Source: Syntrophothermus sp. DTU052 (lineage in GTDB: Bacteria; Bacillota; Syntrophomonadia; Syntrophomonadales; DTU052). From it: a stretch of DNA of 64,000 bases. A program made the translations under genes and the position numbers. Shown piece after piece: positions 7,413 through 16,089 of this stretch. Location: assembly GCA_001512495.1 (NCBI GenBank), contig LFRU01000057.1, positions 32,917 through 96,916 of the forward strand, written 5' to 3'. The notes beneath the pieces were generated by a model, which searched no databases, was not told the origin of the DNA, and saw only the letters and a list, made by a program, of their open reading frames with translations. The stretch's first letter is position 1. Every line of letters begins with the position of its first letter.

Positions 7413-8621
7413 TCAATCACCTTTTAGAAAGTGATCCATCAATAGATGGCCCTGGGGAAAACGATTCATGCACCGCCGGGCTGTCTCTTCATTATAGCTT
7501 TCGGCTCCCTCAAGCCGGCGATAACTGCGATAGATAAGATAAGGCACCTCTTCGGCCGTATGGGTACGCTTGCTGATCGGGGTTGGGTGATCGGGCATGA
7601 TTAGTATCCTATAATCGCCCCGGCCCTCCAGCCCCCGGAGCACCTCACCAACCACCTTTTCATCAATCTCTTCGATGGCCCTGATCTTGGTCTCCAGTTC
7701 ACCCCGGTGACCGGCTTCATCGGGGGCTTCAATATGAATATAGACAAAATCCTGGCCGCTGCGGATTTCCTCCAGAGCAGCCCGGGCCTTCCCCCGGAAA
7801 TCTGTGGTAATGTTGCCGGTAGCTCCGGGAACGTTAACCACTCTTAGCCCGGCGCAAATACCCAAGCCTTTGGTCAGATCAACAGCCGAGATAACTGACC
7901 CGGTAAGGCCGTATTTGTCGTAAAACTGCGGCAGGGACGGTTTTTTTCCCTGACCCCAGAACCAGATATTGGTGGCGGGTTTAAGACCTCGCCTGACCCG
8001 ATCCTTATTCACTTCCTGGTCGGCCAGCACCTTGCCGCTGGCCTCCATCAACCTGGTAAGATGCTCGGCGCCTTCGCCTTTAGGAAGGTGATCCTTTATC
8101 ACCAGTCCGTGTATATCGTGCGGTGGAGTTAAATCCGTCGTGTTGGGTCCACCATGCCATACAGCCAGGTGACGGTAACTGAGACCCGCGTAAAACCGAA
8201 GGTGCTCACTGTTGAATTCCTCGGCGATGGCCTTCATCAATAATGATGATTCTGCAGTGGGTATTTCATCCGAACTGTAGTCAAGCATCGATTTTTCGCT
8301 AAATACCGGTTCGGAGGAAAGGGTCACCAGGTTGCAGCGGAAAGCTACATCATCGGCAGCCAGGTCAATTCCCATGCTGAGAGCCTCGAATGGTGAGCGG
8401 CCTGTATAATAAAGGGCTGGGTCGTAGCCCATTACTGACAGGTTGGCCACATCACTGCCGGGGGGGAATCCTGTTGGTATGGTCTTGACCATACCCATTT
8501 CGCCTCCCTGGGCCAGGAGATCCATATGGGGGGTTTTGGCGTACTGCAGGGGAGTCAGATTTCCCAGTTCGCGGTGGGGATAATCTGCCATGCCGTCCCC
8601 GATAATCACAATATATTTCAT
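7413..8621 (-). CDS. apgM: cofactor-independent phosphoglycerate mutase, archaeal-type (ApgM family)
   Basis: MKYIVIIGDGMADYP...TPLQYAKTPHMDLLA...GSDVANLSVMGYDP and HIEAPDEAGH are metalloenzyme-superfamily motifs. Confidence 0.8.
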   Translation of the reverse strand: MKYIVIIGDGMADYPHRELGNLTPLQYAKTPHMDLLAQGGEMGMVKTIPTGFPPGSDVANLSVMGYDPALYYTGRSPFEALSMGIDLAADDVAFRCNLVTLSSEPVFSEKSMLDYSSDEIPTAESSLLMKAIAEEFNSEHLRFYAGLSYRHLAVWHGGPNTTDLTPPHDIHGLVIKDHLPKGEGAEHLTRLMEASGKVLADQEVNKDRVRRGLKPATNIWFWGQGKKPSLPQFYDKYGLTGSVISAVDLTKGLGICAGLRVVNVPGATGNITTDFRGKARAALEEIRSGQDFVYIHIEAPDEAGHRGELETKIRAIEEIDEKVVGEVLRGLEGRGDYRILIMPDHPTPISKRTHTAEEVPYLIYRSYRRLEGAESYNEETARRCMNRFPQGHLLMDHFLKGD

Positions 8622-8793
8622 CTGTCTCTGCTCCTCGCATTATTTCTTTGTTAAAACTCTATTACCTTAAGTTAGCAGAGGAAAGGCCTGCAATCAAGGC
8701 CGTTGTCCAAAAGGGATGCGGAATCAAACACTGGGGGAGAAAAGCAGCCCAATGTCTGATGCCCGGGGCCGGTCAACCGACCCCGGCCCTGCT

Positions 8794-9792
8794 TTATCTG
8801 GCTTGGAAGTAATTGATCTTCATGGCTTCGCGGACCTCTTCCAGGGTGCGGGCTGTTACCTCTTTTGCTTTAGCCGTGCCGTCGTTAAGGATATCCCAAA
8901 TGATATCGGGGCGGCTCTCCAGTCGTGCCCTCCTGGCCCTCATCGGCTCCAGCAGGCTGTTGATGGAGGCGGTCAGTTTAAGCTTGCAGTCAACACAACC
9001 GATTTTTCCACCTTCGCACTCCTCGCGGATCAACTGGATCTGATCCTTGGTGAACACCTGATGGTAGGTGTACACCGAGCAGATATCGGGATGCCCGATA
9101 TCTGTTTTTCTGATGCGCTGCGGGTCGGTAACTGCGTTCCGGACCCGCTGTTTGACCGCCTCGGGGGCATCCGAGAGGAAAATAGCGTTATTCAGGCTTT
9201 TGCTCATTTTGGCGGTTCCGTCCAGACCGGTGAGACGCGGTACTTCTCCAATCAAGGCCTCCGGTTCAACCAGAACCGGAGCATATAGTGAGTTAAAGCG
9301 CCGCACGATCTTACGGGTCAGTTCGATATGGGGAATCTGGTCTTCGCCTACCGGTACCAGGTGCGCCTTAAACGCGCAGATATCTGCGGTTTGGCTGACG
9401 GGATAGCCCAGGAAACCATAGGGCATGTCCTTGAAGCCGTGCTGGGCGGCTTCGGATTTGATGGTCGGGTTGTGACGGAGGACATTGACGGGGACAATCA
9501 GCCCCAGGTACATAGCCAATTCATGAATGGCCGGTACGTGTGACTGGATAAAGATGGTACAGATATTGGGATCCAATCCGGCCGCCAGATAATCAAGTGT
9601 TATATTCAGGATGTCTTCCTTGAGGTTTTCCGGGCGGTCAAAGTTGGTTGTCAGGGCCTGGACATCGGCAATAATAATATAGGTATCGTATTCACGCTGC
9701 AGCTTAACCCGGTTCAAGAGGCTGCCGACATAATGGCCCAGGTGCAGTTTGCCGGTGGGACGATCCCCGGTGAGGATTATCTTTTGCGTCAT
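8794..9792 (-). CDS. trpS: tryptophan--tRNA ligase
   Basis: The translation reads MTQKIILTGDRPTGKLHLGHYVGSL (HIGH motif) ... KMSKS. The start was moved to ATG 9792, preceded by GGAAAGGAG. The track N-terminal extension runs through the leader terminator. Confidence 0.95.
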   Translation of the reverse strand: MTQKIILTGDRPTGKLHLGHYVGSLLNRVKLQREYDTYIIIADVQALTTNFDRPENLKEDILNITLDYLAAGLDPNICTIFIQSHVPAIHELAMYLGLIVPVNVLRHNPTIKSEAAQHGFKDMPYGFLGYPVSQTADICAFKAHLVPVGEDQIPHIELTRKIVRRFNSLYAPVLVEPEALIGEVPRLTGLDGTAKMSKSLNNAIFLSDAPEAVKQRVRNAVTDPQRIRKTDIGHPDICSVYTYHQVFTKDQIQLIREECEGGKIGCVDCKLKLTASINSLLEPMRARRARLESRPDIIWDILNDGTAKAKEVTARTLEEVREAMKINYFQAR

Positions 9793-9811
9793 ACCTGTAG
9801 ACTCCTTTCCC

Positions 9812-9841
9812 AAAAACTCCCGCCCGAGCCGGGGACGGGAG
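9812..9841 (-). terminator. intrinsic terminator/attenuator inside the trpS 5' leader
   Basis: On the minus strand CTCCCG-U-CCC / GGG-CGGGAG form a 9-bp GC-rich stem with one bulge. It is followed by UUUUU and ends 8 nt before the trpS SD. Confidence 0.6.
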
Positions 9842-9883
9842 GAATGAAACCAAATTTTTTGTAAGACCAAGTGATCCAGAAGT

Positions 9884-9892
9884 ATTATACCA
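9884..9892 (-). promoter_or_regulatory. extended -10 promoter element (TGgTATAAT) for trpS
   Basis: The minus strand reads cttgTGGTATAAT, with only a weak -35 (TTAACT) 15 nt upstream. Confidence 0.5.
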
Positions 9893-10077
9893 CAAGATAC
9901 CGCAAGTTAAGGGCAGTGCCACGGGGACTGACAAGTAACCTTGATGGATATTGCGGGTGAGGGGCGGCGGCCGCAAACCGGCAGGATTCTTGACTAATAT
10001 TGACAGGTGGGATAGGGTATTTAAGAGACGTTAGCGGGGATTGAGACAAGGTTAATTTCGGGTGTTATAGGCCATAA

Positions 10078-10464
10078 TTGGGGGTGCCCGCCTTAAATAT
10101 TCAGTTTTATTGGTTGTTGGGCCTGGCGGTGCTGTTTAATGCACTGGCCAATATTGTAGTTAAATGGGCAATGCGGGGAGAAACCTCGCCGTTTGCCGAT
10201 GGCTTGATCACGGCGGTAAAGAGCGTGGTCGGCAACTACTGGCTGTGGGCGGGGATAGCCCTGTTCGGTTTAGCCTTTATTCTGTACAGCCTGGTCCTGA
10301 CCAGGATTAACCTCAGCATCGCCTATCCGGTAATGACCAGCTTGGGCCTGGTGATCATCACCCTGGTTTCGATTCTGGTTTTTAAGGAGGTAATAACCGG
10401 CATTCAGGCTGGGGGATTGCTGTTTATAATAATTGGTGTGTGGCTGGTCTCATTTGGGAGTTAG
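10078..10464 (+). CDS. four-TM SMR/EamA-like small membrane protein, ArnE/ArnF-like (putative polyprenyl-phosphate-sugar flippase subunit)
   Basis: The 128-aa protein has four hydrophobic segments (WLLGLAVLFNALANIVVKWAM..., WLWAGIALFGLAFILYSLVL, AYPVMTSLGLVIITLVSILVF, LLFIIIGVWLV). The start codon is uncertain (TTG 10078 or GTG 10084). Confidence 0.55.
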   Translation: MGVPALNIQFYWLLGLAVLFNALANIVVKWAMRGETSPFADGLITAVKSVVGNYWLWAGIALFGLAFILYSLVLTRINLSIAYPVMTSLGLVIITLVSILVFKEVITGIQAGGLLFIIIGVWLVSFGS

Positions 10465-10476
10465 GGGGACTATACC

Positions 10477-11556
10477 ATGAACGGCAGGGTAGCGGTCATA
10501 AAGACCAGGCCGGAAACGGTGCTGGAGGATACAGAAAGGGTTATGAAAATAGCCGGTTTTGAGGATGCGCTGGACAAGGGAGCTACCACCATCCTCAAGG
10601 ATAATATCTCCTGGCATTACCCGATGCCGGGAGCCAATACTACCCCCTGGCAGTTGGAAGGGGTCATCCTGGCCCTCTTGAACAATGGATACCGGGATTT
10701 GGTGGCGGTTGAAAACAAGACCGTGGTAACCCGTCCGGAGAAGGGCCGGTATATGAACAAATACGACCGGGTCTACCAAAAGTACGATATTCCTATTTTG
10801 CTTAATTTCGAGGATAAAGATATGAAATGGATCCGGTATGAACCCAAGGCGCAGATGCGGGTCTTAAACCACATCTATCCCGAAGGAATCCATATCCCTG
10901 ACTACTTTTTCGGGAAAAATATTGTGCAGCTTCCCACCATGAAATGCCATATTTATACCACTACTACCGGGGCAATGAAAAACGCCTTCGGAGGGCTCCT
11001 CAACACCCGACGGCATTATACCCACAGCTGGATCCATGAGACCCTGGTGGACCTTCTGCAGATACAGTATGAGATACACAGCGGGCTATTTGCCGTTATG
11101 GACGGAACCACCGCCGGCAATGGACCGGGTCCCCGTACTCTGCAGCCGGTAAACGCCAACTACCTCCTGGCCAGTGCCGACCAGGTGGCTATTGATGCGG
11201 TTGCCGCCAAAATGATGGGGTTTGAGCCCATGAGTCTCCCCTATATCCGGATAGCCCACGAGGAGGGCCTGGGGATCGGCAAACCTGAGGAGATCACTGT
11301 CGTTGGTGAGGATATCTCAGGGGTTAACCTGCACTTTACCGTTGGAGACAATCTGGCCAGCATGGCCGGGGATGTTCTTTGGTTTGGTCCCCTTAAAAGG
11401 TTCCAGAAGTTATTTTTCCATACGCCGTTGGTGGGGCTGTTTGTCTGGGCATCGGATTTCTACCATGACAAGGTCTGGTGGAATACGAAGGGTGTTAAAG
11501 CTTACCGGCAGTGGTTGCAGGAATCGCCGTGGGGAAGATTGTTTGACCGTTACTGA
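10477..11556 (+). CDS. DUF362 domain-containing protein
   Basis: The 359-aa protein carries the DUF362-type pattern as I recall it: VAVIKT...ILKDNISW...LPTMKCHIYTTTTGAMKNAFGGLL...FAVMDGTTAGNGPGPR...VAIDAVAAKMMGF. Confidence 0.65.
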   Translation: MNGRVAVIKTRPETVLEDTERVMKIAGFEDALDKGATTILKDNISWHYPMPGANTTPWQLEGVILALLNNGYRDLVAVENKTVVTRPEKGRYMNKYDRVYQKYDIPILLNFEDKDMKWIRYEPKAQMRVLNHIYPEGIHIPDYFFGKNIVQLPTMKCHIYTTTTGAMKNAFGGLLNTRRHYTHSWIHETLVDLLQIQYEIHSGLFAVMDGTTAGNGPGPRTLQPVNANYLLASADQVAIDAVAAKMMGFEPMSLPYIRIAHEEGLGIGKPEEITVVGEDISGVNLHFTVGDNLASMAGDVLWFGPLKRFQKLFFHTPLVGLFVWASDFYHDKVWWNTKGVKAYRQWLQESPWGRLFDRY

Positions 11557-11572
11557 GTAAGGGGGCAAGGGC

Positions 11573-13054
11573 TTGAGTCGCCACACGGAAATCCTAAACC
11601 GGATACTTGCTTATCAGAACTTGATAACACGCCCTGTTTTCTATCGTTTCCTGCCACTGCTGATTTTCGGTTTCATCTGCGCTTTTGCATTTTATCACAG
11701 CCTCCATCTCTTTCAGTATGAGGACTTTTATTCGTGGACCTTTATCTTTTTATATCTGGGACTGGGATTGATCTTAATCAACTCCAGTCGGCTGCGCCGG
11801 TTTCTGGACGAGACTGGCTCCCGCTGGGTAATGGCCCTGATCCTCCTGGTTGCGGCCGGGATACGCATCTATTTCATCAACTCACTGCCTACCCAGCCGA
11901 TATACGACTACGCCACCTACCACCTGGCAGCTACGCATGTAAGTCAGGGGAACTGGGAAGCCCTGACTCTTCTTGAGGGCAAGCCCTGGGGCTATCCCCT
12001 GTTGTTGGGTCTGATATATAAGCTCCTGGGGGTCAAAATCATACTCGCCCAGTACCTGAACGTGATCCTGTCCCTGATTACCATCGGGCTGCTCTACCTG
12101 CTGGTCAATCGCCTGGTGGGACAATCATACGGCCTCCTGGCTGCCTTCCTCTACGCACTGCTTCCCTCACAGATATTTATGAACAATGTGGTTAACAGTG
12201 AGATCCTGTTCATCGCCCTGGTCCTGTCCGGTGTCTATTTCAGCATCAGGTTCATGCAGGACTATATCTGGAGAAACCTGGTGTTGGCCGGGATGTTCCT
12301 GGGGCTCTCACAGGTGGTGCGCCCGGTAGGGATGATATACCTCCTGGTCTTCATAGCCTTTCTTTTCCTGCAGCTGTTCCCCGGGCACTTGAAAAGGATT
12401 GTAAAGTATGGGGTTATTGTCCTCCTGTCGTTTTACCTGATGCTTCTGCCTTTCCTGGCCATGAAAAGCGTCATTTACAAAGAGGTGATCCTGTGGGAGA
12501 AGGGTACCTTTGGCATGGTATTCGTTATGGGTACCAACGTGAATTCAGGAGGCTTTTGGAACCAGGAGGACTATGATTACCTTAAGAGCCTCCTAATAGA
12601 ATACGATAACAATGCGGAAAGAGTTAACCGGGAAGCCTTTAAGCTGGCTCTGTGGAGGCTGAGCCGGAGTGATGATTTCAAATTTATGGTCCCCTCCAAG
12701 GTCTACAATATGTGGTCTATCGATACCTTTGGTTTTGAGTGGGCCAATATTGATGGCAAGGGGGAGAGGATTATCAAGGAGGAGGAACCGCTGCGGACTT
12801 ACCGCGGAGTTTCGCAGATATTTTATGCCCTCTTGCTATTTTTAATCGTATCTTATATCGCCTGCTTCCCGATGGAGAGGGATGCAGGGTATCGTTACGT
12901 TATGTTAATCTTCCTGGCTTTCTTTTTGCTTCATATATTTATTGAGATCCAGGGTAGGTACCATATGCCTCTGACTCCGTTTTTGCTGGTAATACTCGCC
13001 TATGGCTGGTCATTCCAGGACCGGGGCCGCAGTGGTGAGCGGGATTTACTTTAG
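11573..13054 (+). CDS. GT-C fold glycosyltransferase (family 39 / ArnT-PMT-like), polytopic membrane protein
   Basis: The 493-aa protein has more than 10 predicted TM segments. The first periplasmic loop reads SLPTQPIYDYATYHLAA (acidic D-x-D/Y-type motif), and the PWGYPLLLGLIYKLLG pattern is typical of ArnT/PMT_2 proteins. Confidence 0.7.
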   Translation: MSRHTEILNRILAYQNLITRPVFYRFLPLLIFGFICAFAFYHSLHLFQYEDFYSWTFIFLYLGLGLILINSSRLRRFLDETGSRWVMALILLVAAGIRIYFINSLPTQPIYDYATYHLAATHVSQGNWEALTLLEGKPWGYPLLLGLIYKLLGVKIILAQYLNVILSLITIGLLYLLVNRLVGQSYGLLAAFLYALLPSQIFMNNVVNSEILFIALVLSGVYFSIRFMQDYIWRNLVLAGMFLGLSQVVRPVGMIYLLVFIAFLFLQLFPGHLKRIVKYGVIVLLSFYLMLLPFLAMKSVIYKEVILWEKGTFGMVFVMGTNVNSGGFWNQEDYDYLKSLLIEYDNNAERVNREAFKLALWRLSRSDDFKFMVPSKVYNMWSIDTFGFEWANIDGKGERIIKEEEPLRTYRGVSQIFYALLLFLIVSYIACFPMERDAGYRYVMLIFLAFFLLHIFIEIQGRYHMPLTPFLLVILAYGWSFQDRGRSGERDLL

Positions 13055-13076
13055 CTCCCGGGAGAGGTGATAATCG

Positions 13077-13955
13077 ATGGTGGCAAAGATAACGGCAGTA
13101 CTTAAGTTGATAAGGGTCAGGCAGTGGGTAAAAAACCTGTTTGTTTTTGCTCCGCTGGTGTTCTCTCTGCAGCTCTTTAATGCAGCACCCTGCCTGCAAG
13201 CGGTTACTGCCTTTTTTGCCTTCTGCCTGGTATCCGGATCCCTGTATGCCATGAACGATATAATCGACCTGGAAAGGGATAAGCACCATCCCCGCAAAAA
13301 AAACCGACCTCTGCCGGCCGGTATCCTGACCATACCTGAAAGTGCAGTCATTGGAGCTTTATGCCTGGGATTCGGTTTCTTTATGGCTTTCCTGCTGGAT
13401 ATCACCGTAGCCGTTATTCTGTTTATATACCTCTTGATGAATGTCTATTACTCGCTGTGGGGCAAGAACATCATAGTATTTGATACCATGCTGATTGCGA
13501 TCGGCTTCGTGCTCCGGGTTCTGGCTGGAGCCTATGCCATAGCGGTCCGACCTTCATCGTGGATGCTGGTCGCTACTTTCTTCCTGGCCTTACTGCTGGG
13601 TTTGGGCAAGAGGTATAACGAATTGAGGGTGTTGGAGGGGGATTCGGCCAATCACCGCCAGGTACTGGAAGAATACAGCGAACCTTTCTTGAGGCAGCTT
13701 TTTGCTGTAGCCTCCTCGGCCACTATAGTAGCTTATGCTCTCTATACCATGGATCATCAGGTGATTGCAGCTTTTCAAACCGAATACCTGGTATTCACAC
13801 TGCCTTTTGTGGTTTTTGGGGTATTCCGCTATTTGTACCTGGTATTCAAGCATGATTTGGGCGGCGATCCTACGGAAATGGTTTACAGGGATCGGCCCCT
13901 GCTGCTGACAGTTGTATTATGGGGCATTTTGGTGATTGCCTTGATTTACCGTTGA
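13077..13955 (+). CDS. UbiA-family decaprenyl/polyprenyl-phosphate phosphoribosyltransferase (DPPR synthase-like)
   Basis: LIRVRQWVKNLFVFAPLVF ... YAMNDIIDLERDKHHPRKKNRPLPAG closely follows the Rv3806c-type RxxQWxKN and NDxxDxExDxxHPxKxxRPxxxG motifs. Confidence 0.8.
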   Translation: MVAKITAVLKLIRVRQWVKNLFVFAPLVFSLQLFNAAPCLQAVTAFFAFCLVSGSLYAMNDIIDLERDKHHPRKKNRPLPAGILTIPESAVIGALCLGFGFFMAFLLDITVAVILFIYLLMNVYYSLWGKNIIVFDTMLIAIGFVLRVLAGAYAIAVRPSSWMLVATFFLALLLGLGKRYNELRVLEGDSANHRQVLEEYSEPFLRQLFAVASSATIVAYALYTMDHQVIAAFQTEYLVFTLPFVVFGVFRYLYLVFKHDLGGDPTEMVYRDRPLLLTVVLWGILVIALIYR

Positions 13956-14110
13956 TCTGGAGGTTGAGAACCAGCCGTGGAGGTAATGAACAAAGCCTGC
14001 GCCGTGTGGCGAAATCGAAGATACGCGATTATTGACAGGCCGAATTACTGAAGGTTAAACTTTATAAGACTCCAATTTTAATATGGGTAATGTCGAAAGG
14101 AAAATGATTT

Positions 14111-14530
14111 ATGGTAGGTTTTACTGAGTTTACTTGTTTTCTAATGAGATCGGCCATGAAAAAAATTGACCGTTATCTGGCCTTCCAACTGGAAGAGTAC
14201 GGTATAAGCGTACCCCAGTCATTTGTCCTCTTTGCTCTGCTGGAAGAAGACGGATCAACTCTGAAAGAGATCGGCACCAAAGCTCAAATCGACAGTTCCT
14301 CCATGACCGTGCTGGTTGACAAACTGGAGAATGAGGGATATTTGGAAAGAAGGCTCGATCCTCAGGACCGTCGTGCGATAAGGGTCTTTCTGACCCCCAA
14401 AGGAAGAGACTTGGCCGGAAAGGTCTGGGACCTGGCGGTTGATTTCAACCGCCAACTGCATGAGTCTCTGGGAGATACCGAGGACTTATTTCAGCAAGGG
14501 CTGCGACGGATCATCCGCAGCTTTGATTAA
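14111..14530 (+). CDS. MarR family transcriptional regulator
   Basis: It shows the winged-helix pattern: GISVPQSFVLFALLEEDGSTLKEIGTKAQIDSSSMTVLVDKLENEGYLERRLDPQDRRAIRVFLTPKG. Confidence 0.8.
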   Translation: MVGFTEFTCFLMRSAMKKIDRYLAFQLEEYGISVPQSFVLFALLEEDGSTLKEIGTKAQIDSSSMTVLVDKLENEGYLERRLDPQDRRAIRVFLTPKGRDLAGKVWDLAVDFNRQLHESLGDTEDLFQQGLRRIIRSFD

Positions 14531-14567
14531 AGGATAAACCCGGCGGCTAAATAGCGGAGGGCAGAAG

Positions 14568-15326
14568 ATGCGTTATGTAAGGTATATGCGGAACGGACAG
14601 CCCCGACACGGTATCATTGAACAGGAACGGGTTCTGGAGATTGAAGCTCCGGGCGATAAAAAGGCCCGGTTAACCGGAAGGTCCCATGAAATAAACGATC
14701 TGCAGCTTCTCGCTCCGGTAATGCCGGGCAAAGTCATCGGGGTCGGCCTGAACTATAAGGATCATATTGCGGAGTTCAACCACCAGATTCCGGCTGAACC
14801 CCTGCTCTTTTTAAAACCACCCTCGTCAGTCATTGGAACCAATATGCATATAATATACCCAGGAATAAGCAAGCGAGTTGATTTCGAGGCTGAGTTGGCA
14901 GTGGTGATAGGTGAGGTTTGCCGCCATGTTTCGCCCCGGGAGGCGTTAAAGAAGGTATGGGGATATACCTGCGGCAACGATGTTACCGCCCGTGACCTAC
15001 AGATTCGCGACCACCAGTGGACCCGCGCCAAATCATTTGACACCTTCTGCCCGTTGGGACCGTGGATTGAAACTGATATTGATCCCGGAAAGCTCGATAT
15101 TATTGCCCGGGTTAACGGAGAGATCAGGCAGCATTCCAATACCAGCCAGATGGTTTTTACTATCGAAGAACTGATAGCCTTTGCTTCCGAAGTAATGACC
15201 CTTAACCCTGGGGATGTGATCCTGACGGGAACCCCAAGCGGAGTTGGTCCCCTGCAGGTGGGTGAAGAAGTCAGCATTGAGATTGAGGGGATTGGAGTTC
15301 TAAAAAACACGGTTGTTGCCGGTTGA
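14568..15326 (+). CDS. fumarylacetoacetate hydrolase (FAH) family protein
   Basis: KVIGVGLNYKDHIAEF...VDFEAELAVVIG...GYTCGNDVTARDLQ...KSFDTFCPLGPW...LNPGDVILTGTPSGVG are FAH-fold hallmarks. Confidence 0.85.
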   Translation: MRYVRYMRNGQPRHGIIEQERVLEIEAPGDKKARLTGRSHEINDLQLLAPVMPGKVIGVGLNYKDHIAEFNHQIPAEPLLFLKPPSSVIGTNMHIIYPGISKRVDFEAELAVVIGEVCRHVSPREALKKVWGYTCGNDVTARDLQIRDHQWTRAKSFDTFCPLGPWIETDIDPGKLDIIARVNGEIRQHSNTSQMVFTIEELIAFASEVMTLNPGDVILTGTPSGVGPLQVGEEVSIEIEGIGVLKNTVVAG

Positions 15327-15376
15327 CCGGGGTGAATTGCAGGAGAAATTGCTGGTTTGAAGATGAGGATTATCTG

Positions 15377-15404
15377 TTGACATGATCAAGCATTATGCTA
15401 AAAT
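15377..15404 (+). promoter_or_regulatory. sigma-A promoter upstream of speH
   Basis: TTGACA (15377-15382), a 16-nt spacer that ends in the TGc extended -10 element, then TAAAAT (15399-15404). Confidence 0.7.
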
Positions 15405-15515
15405 TGTTTTTGATTGAAAATTTGAGGAGGCGATAAAGGGTTGAAAAAAGAGGGAATTCGATTATGTCTCATCAACCCTTTCAGTAATTAACTTGGGAAG
15501 GGAGGTTGAGAACGG

Positions 15516-15884
15516 GTGCAGTCTTTAGGGCGACACATCCTGGCCGAAATCTATGGATGCAGCTTTGAGTTCCTTAATGATGTGGAAAAAGTTGAAGAAA
15601 CCATGATCAATGCGGCTTTAGAGGCTGGTGCCGAGATTCGAGAGTTTGTGTTCCACAAGTTTAGCCCGCAGGGAGTTAGCGGAGTGGTGGTCATCTCGGA
15701 GTCCCATTTGGCCATACATACCTGGCCGGAGTTGGGATACGCTGCAGTAGATGTGTTTACCTGTGGTGACCATGTGAACCCCTGGGACGCATGCAACTAC
15801 CTGGTTGAGCATTTCCAAGCAACCAGCATGAGCGCTACCGAGATCAAGCGCGGGCTAGTTGCGGAGATGGAGGCAACAGCCTGA
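15516..15884 (+). CDS. speH: S-adenosylmethionine decarboxylase proenzyme (small prokaryotic class)
   Basis: [11 protein letters not shown]...[16 protein letters not shown] (self-processing ES site)...[11 protein letters not shown] 15516 follows GGGAAGGGAGG. Confidence 0.9.
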   Translation: MQSLGRHILAEIYGCSFEFLNDVEKVEETMINAALEAGAEIREFVFHKFSPQGVSGVVVISESHLAIHTWPELGYAAVDVFTCGDHVNPWDACNYLVEHFQATSMSATEIKRGLVAEMEATA

Positions 15885-16089
15885 GTTTTTAGGGGGGATA
15901 CTATTTTAGTAGACCGAAGACGGTTTATGGTTCTGAGGATATAAAAGGCCTGGTTCGCAGAGGTGAATGAGGTCTTTTATATTTTTAGAAGCCCGTTGGT
16001 ATCTTCATTCTACGATGGTAAAATTATTAATGAAAAAGAAGACAGAAATACCAACTGTTCTCAATGAACGTTTTTGGGGGGGAGAGGAC

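Noticed and set aside
9793-10077. A T-box riboswitch, expected upstream of trpS.
   Set aside because: I found no T-box 14-mer (AGGGUGGNACCGCG-like), no stem-I AG bulge or distal-loop motifs, and no specifier-loop context. The best promoter leaves only about 85 nt of leader. I therefore reported it as an unexplained attenuator rather than calling a T-box. A covariance-model scan is still needed.
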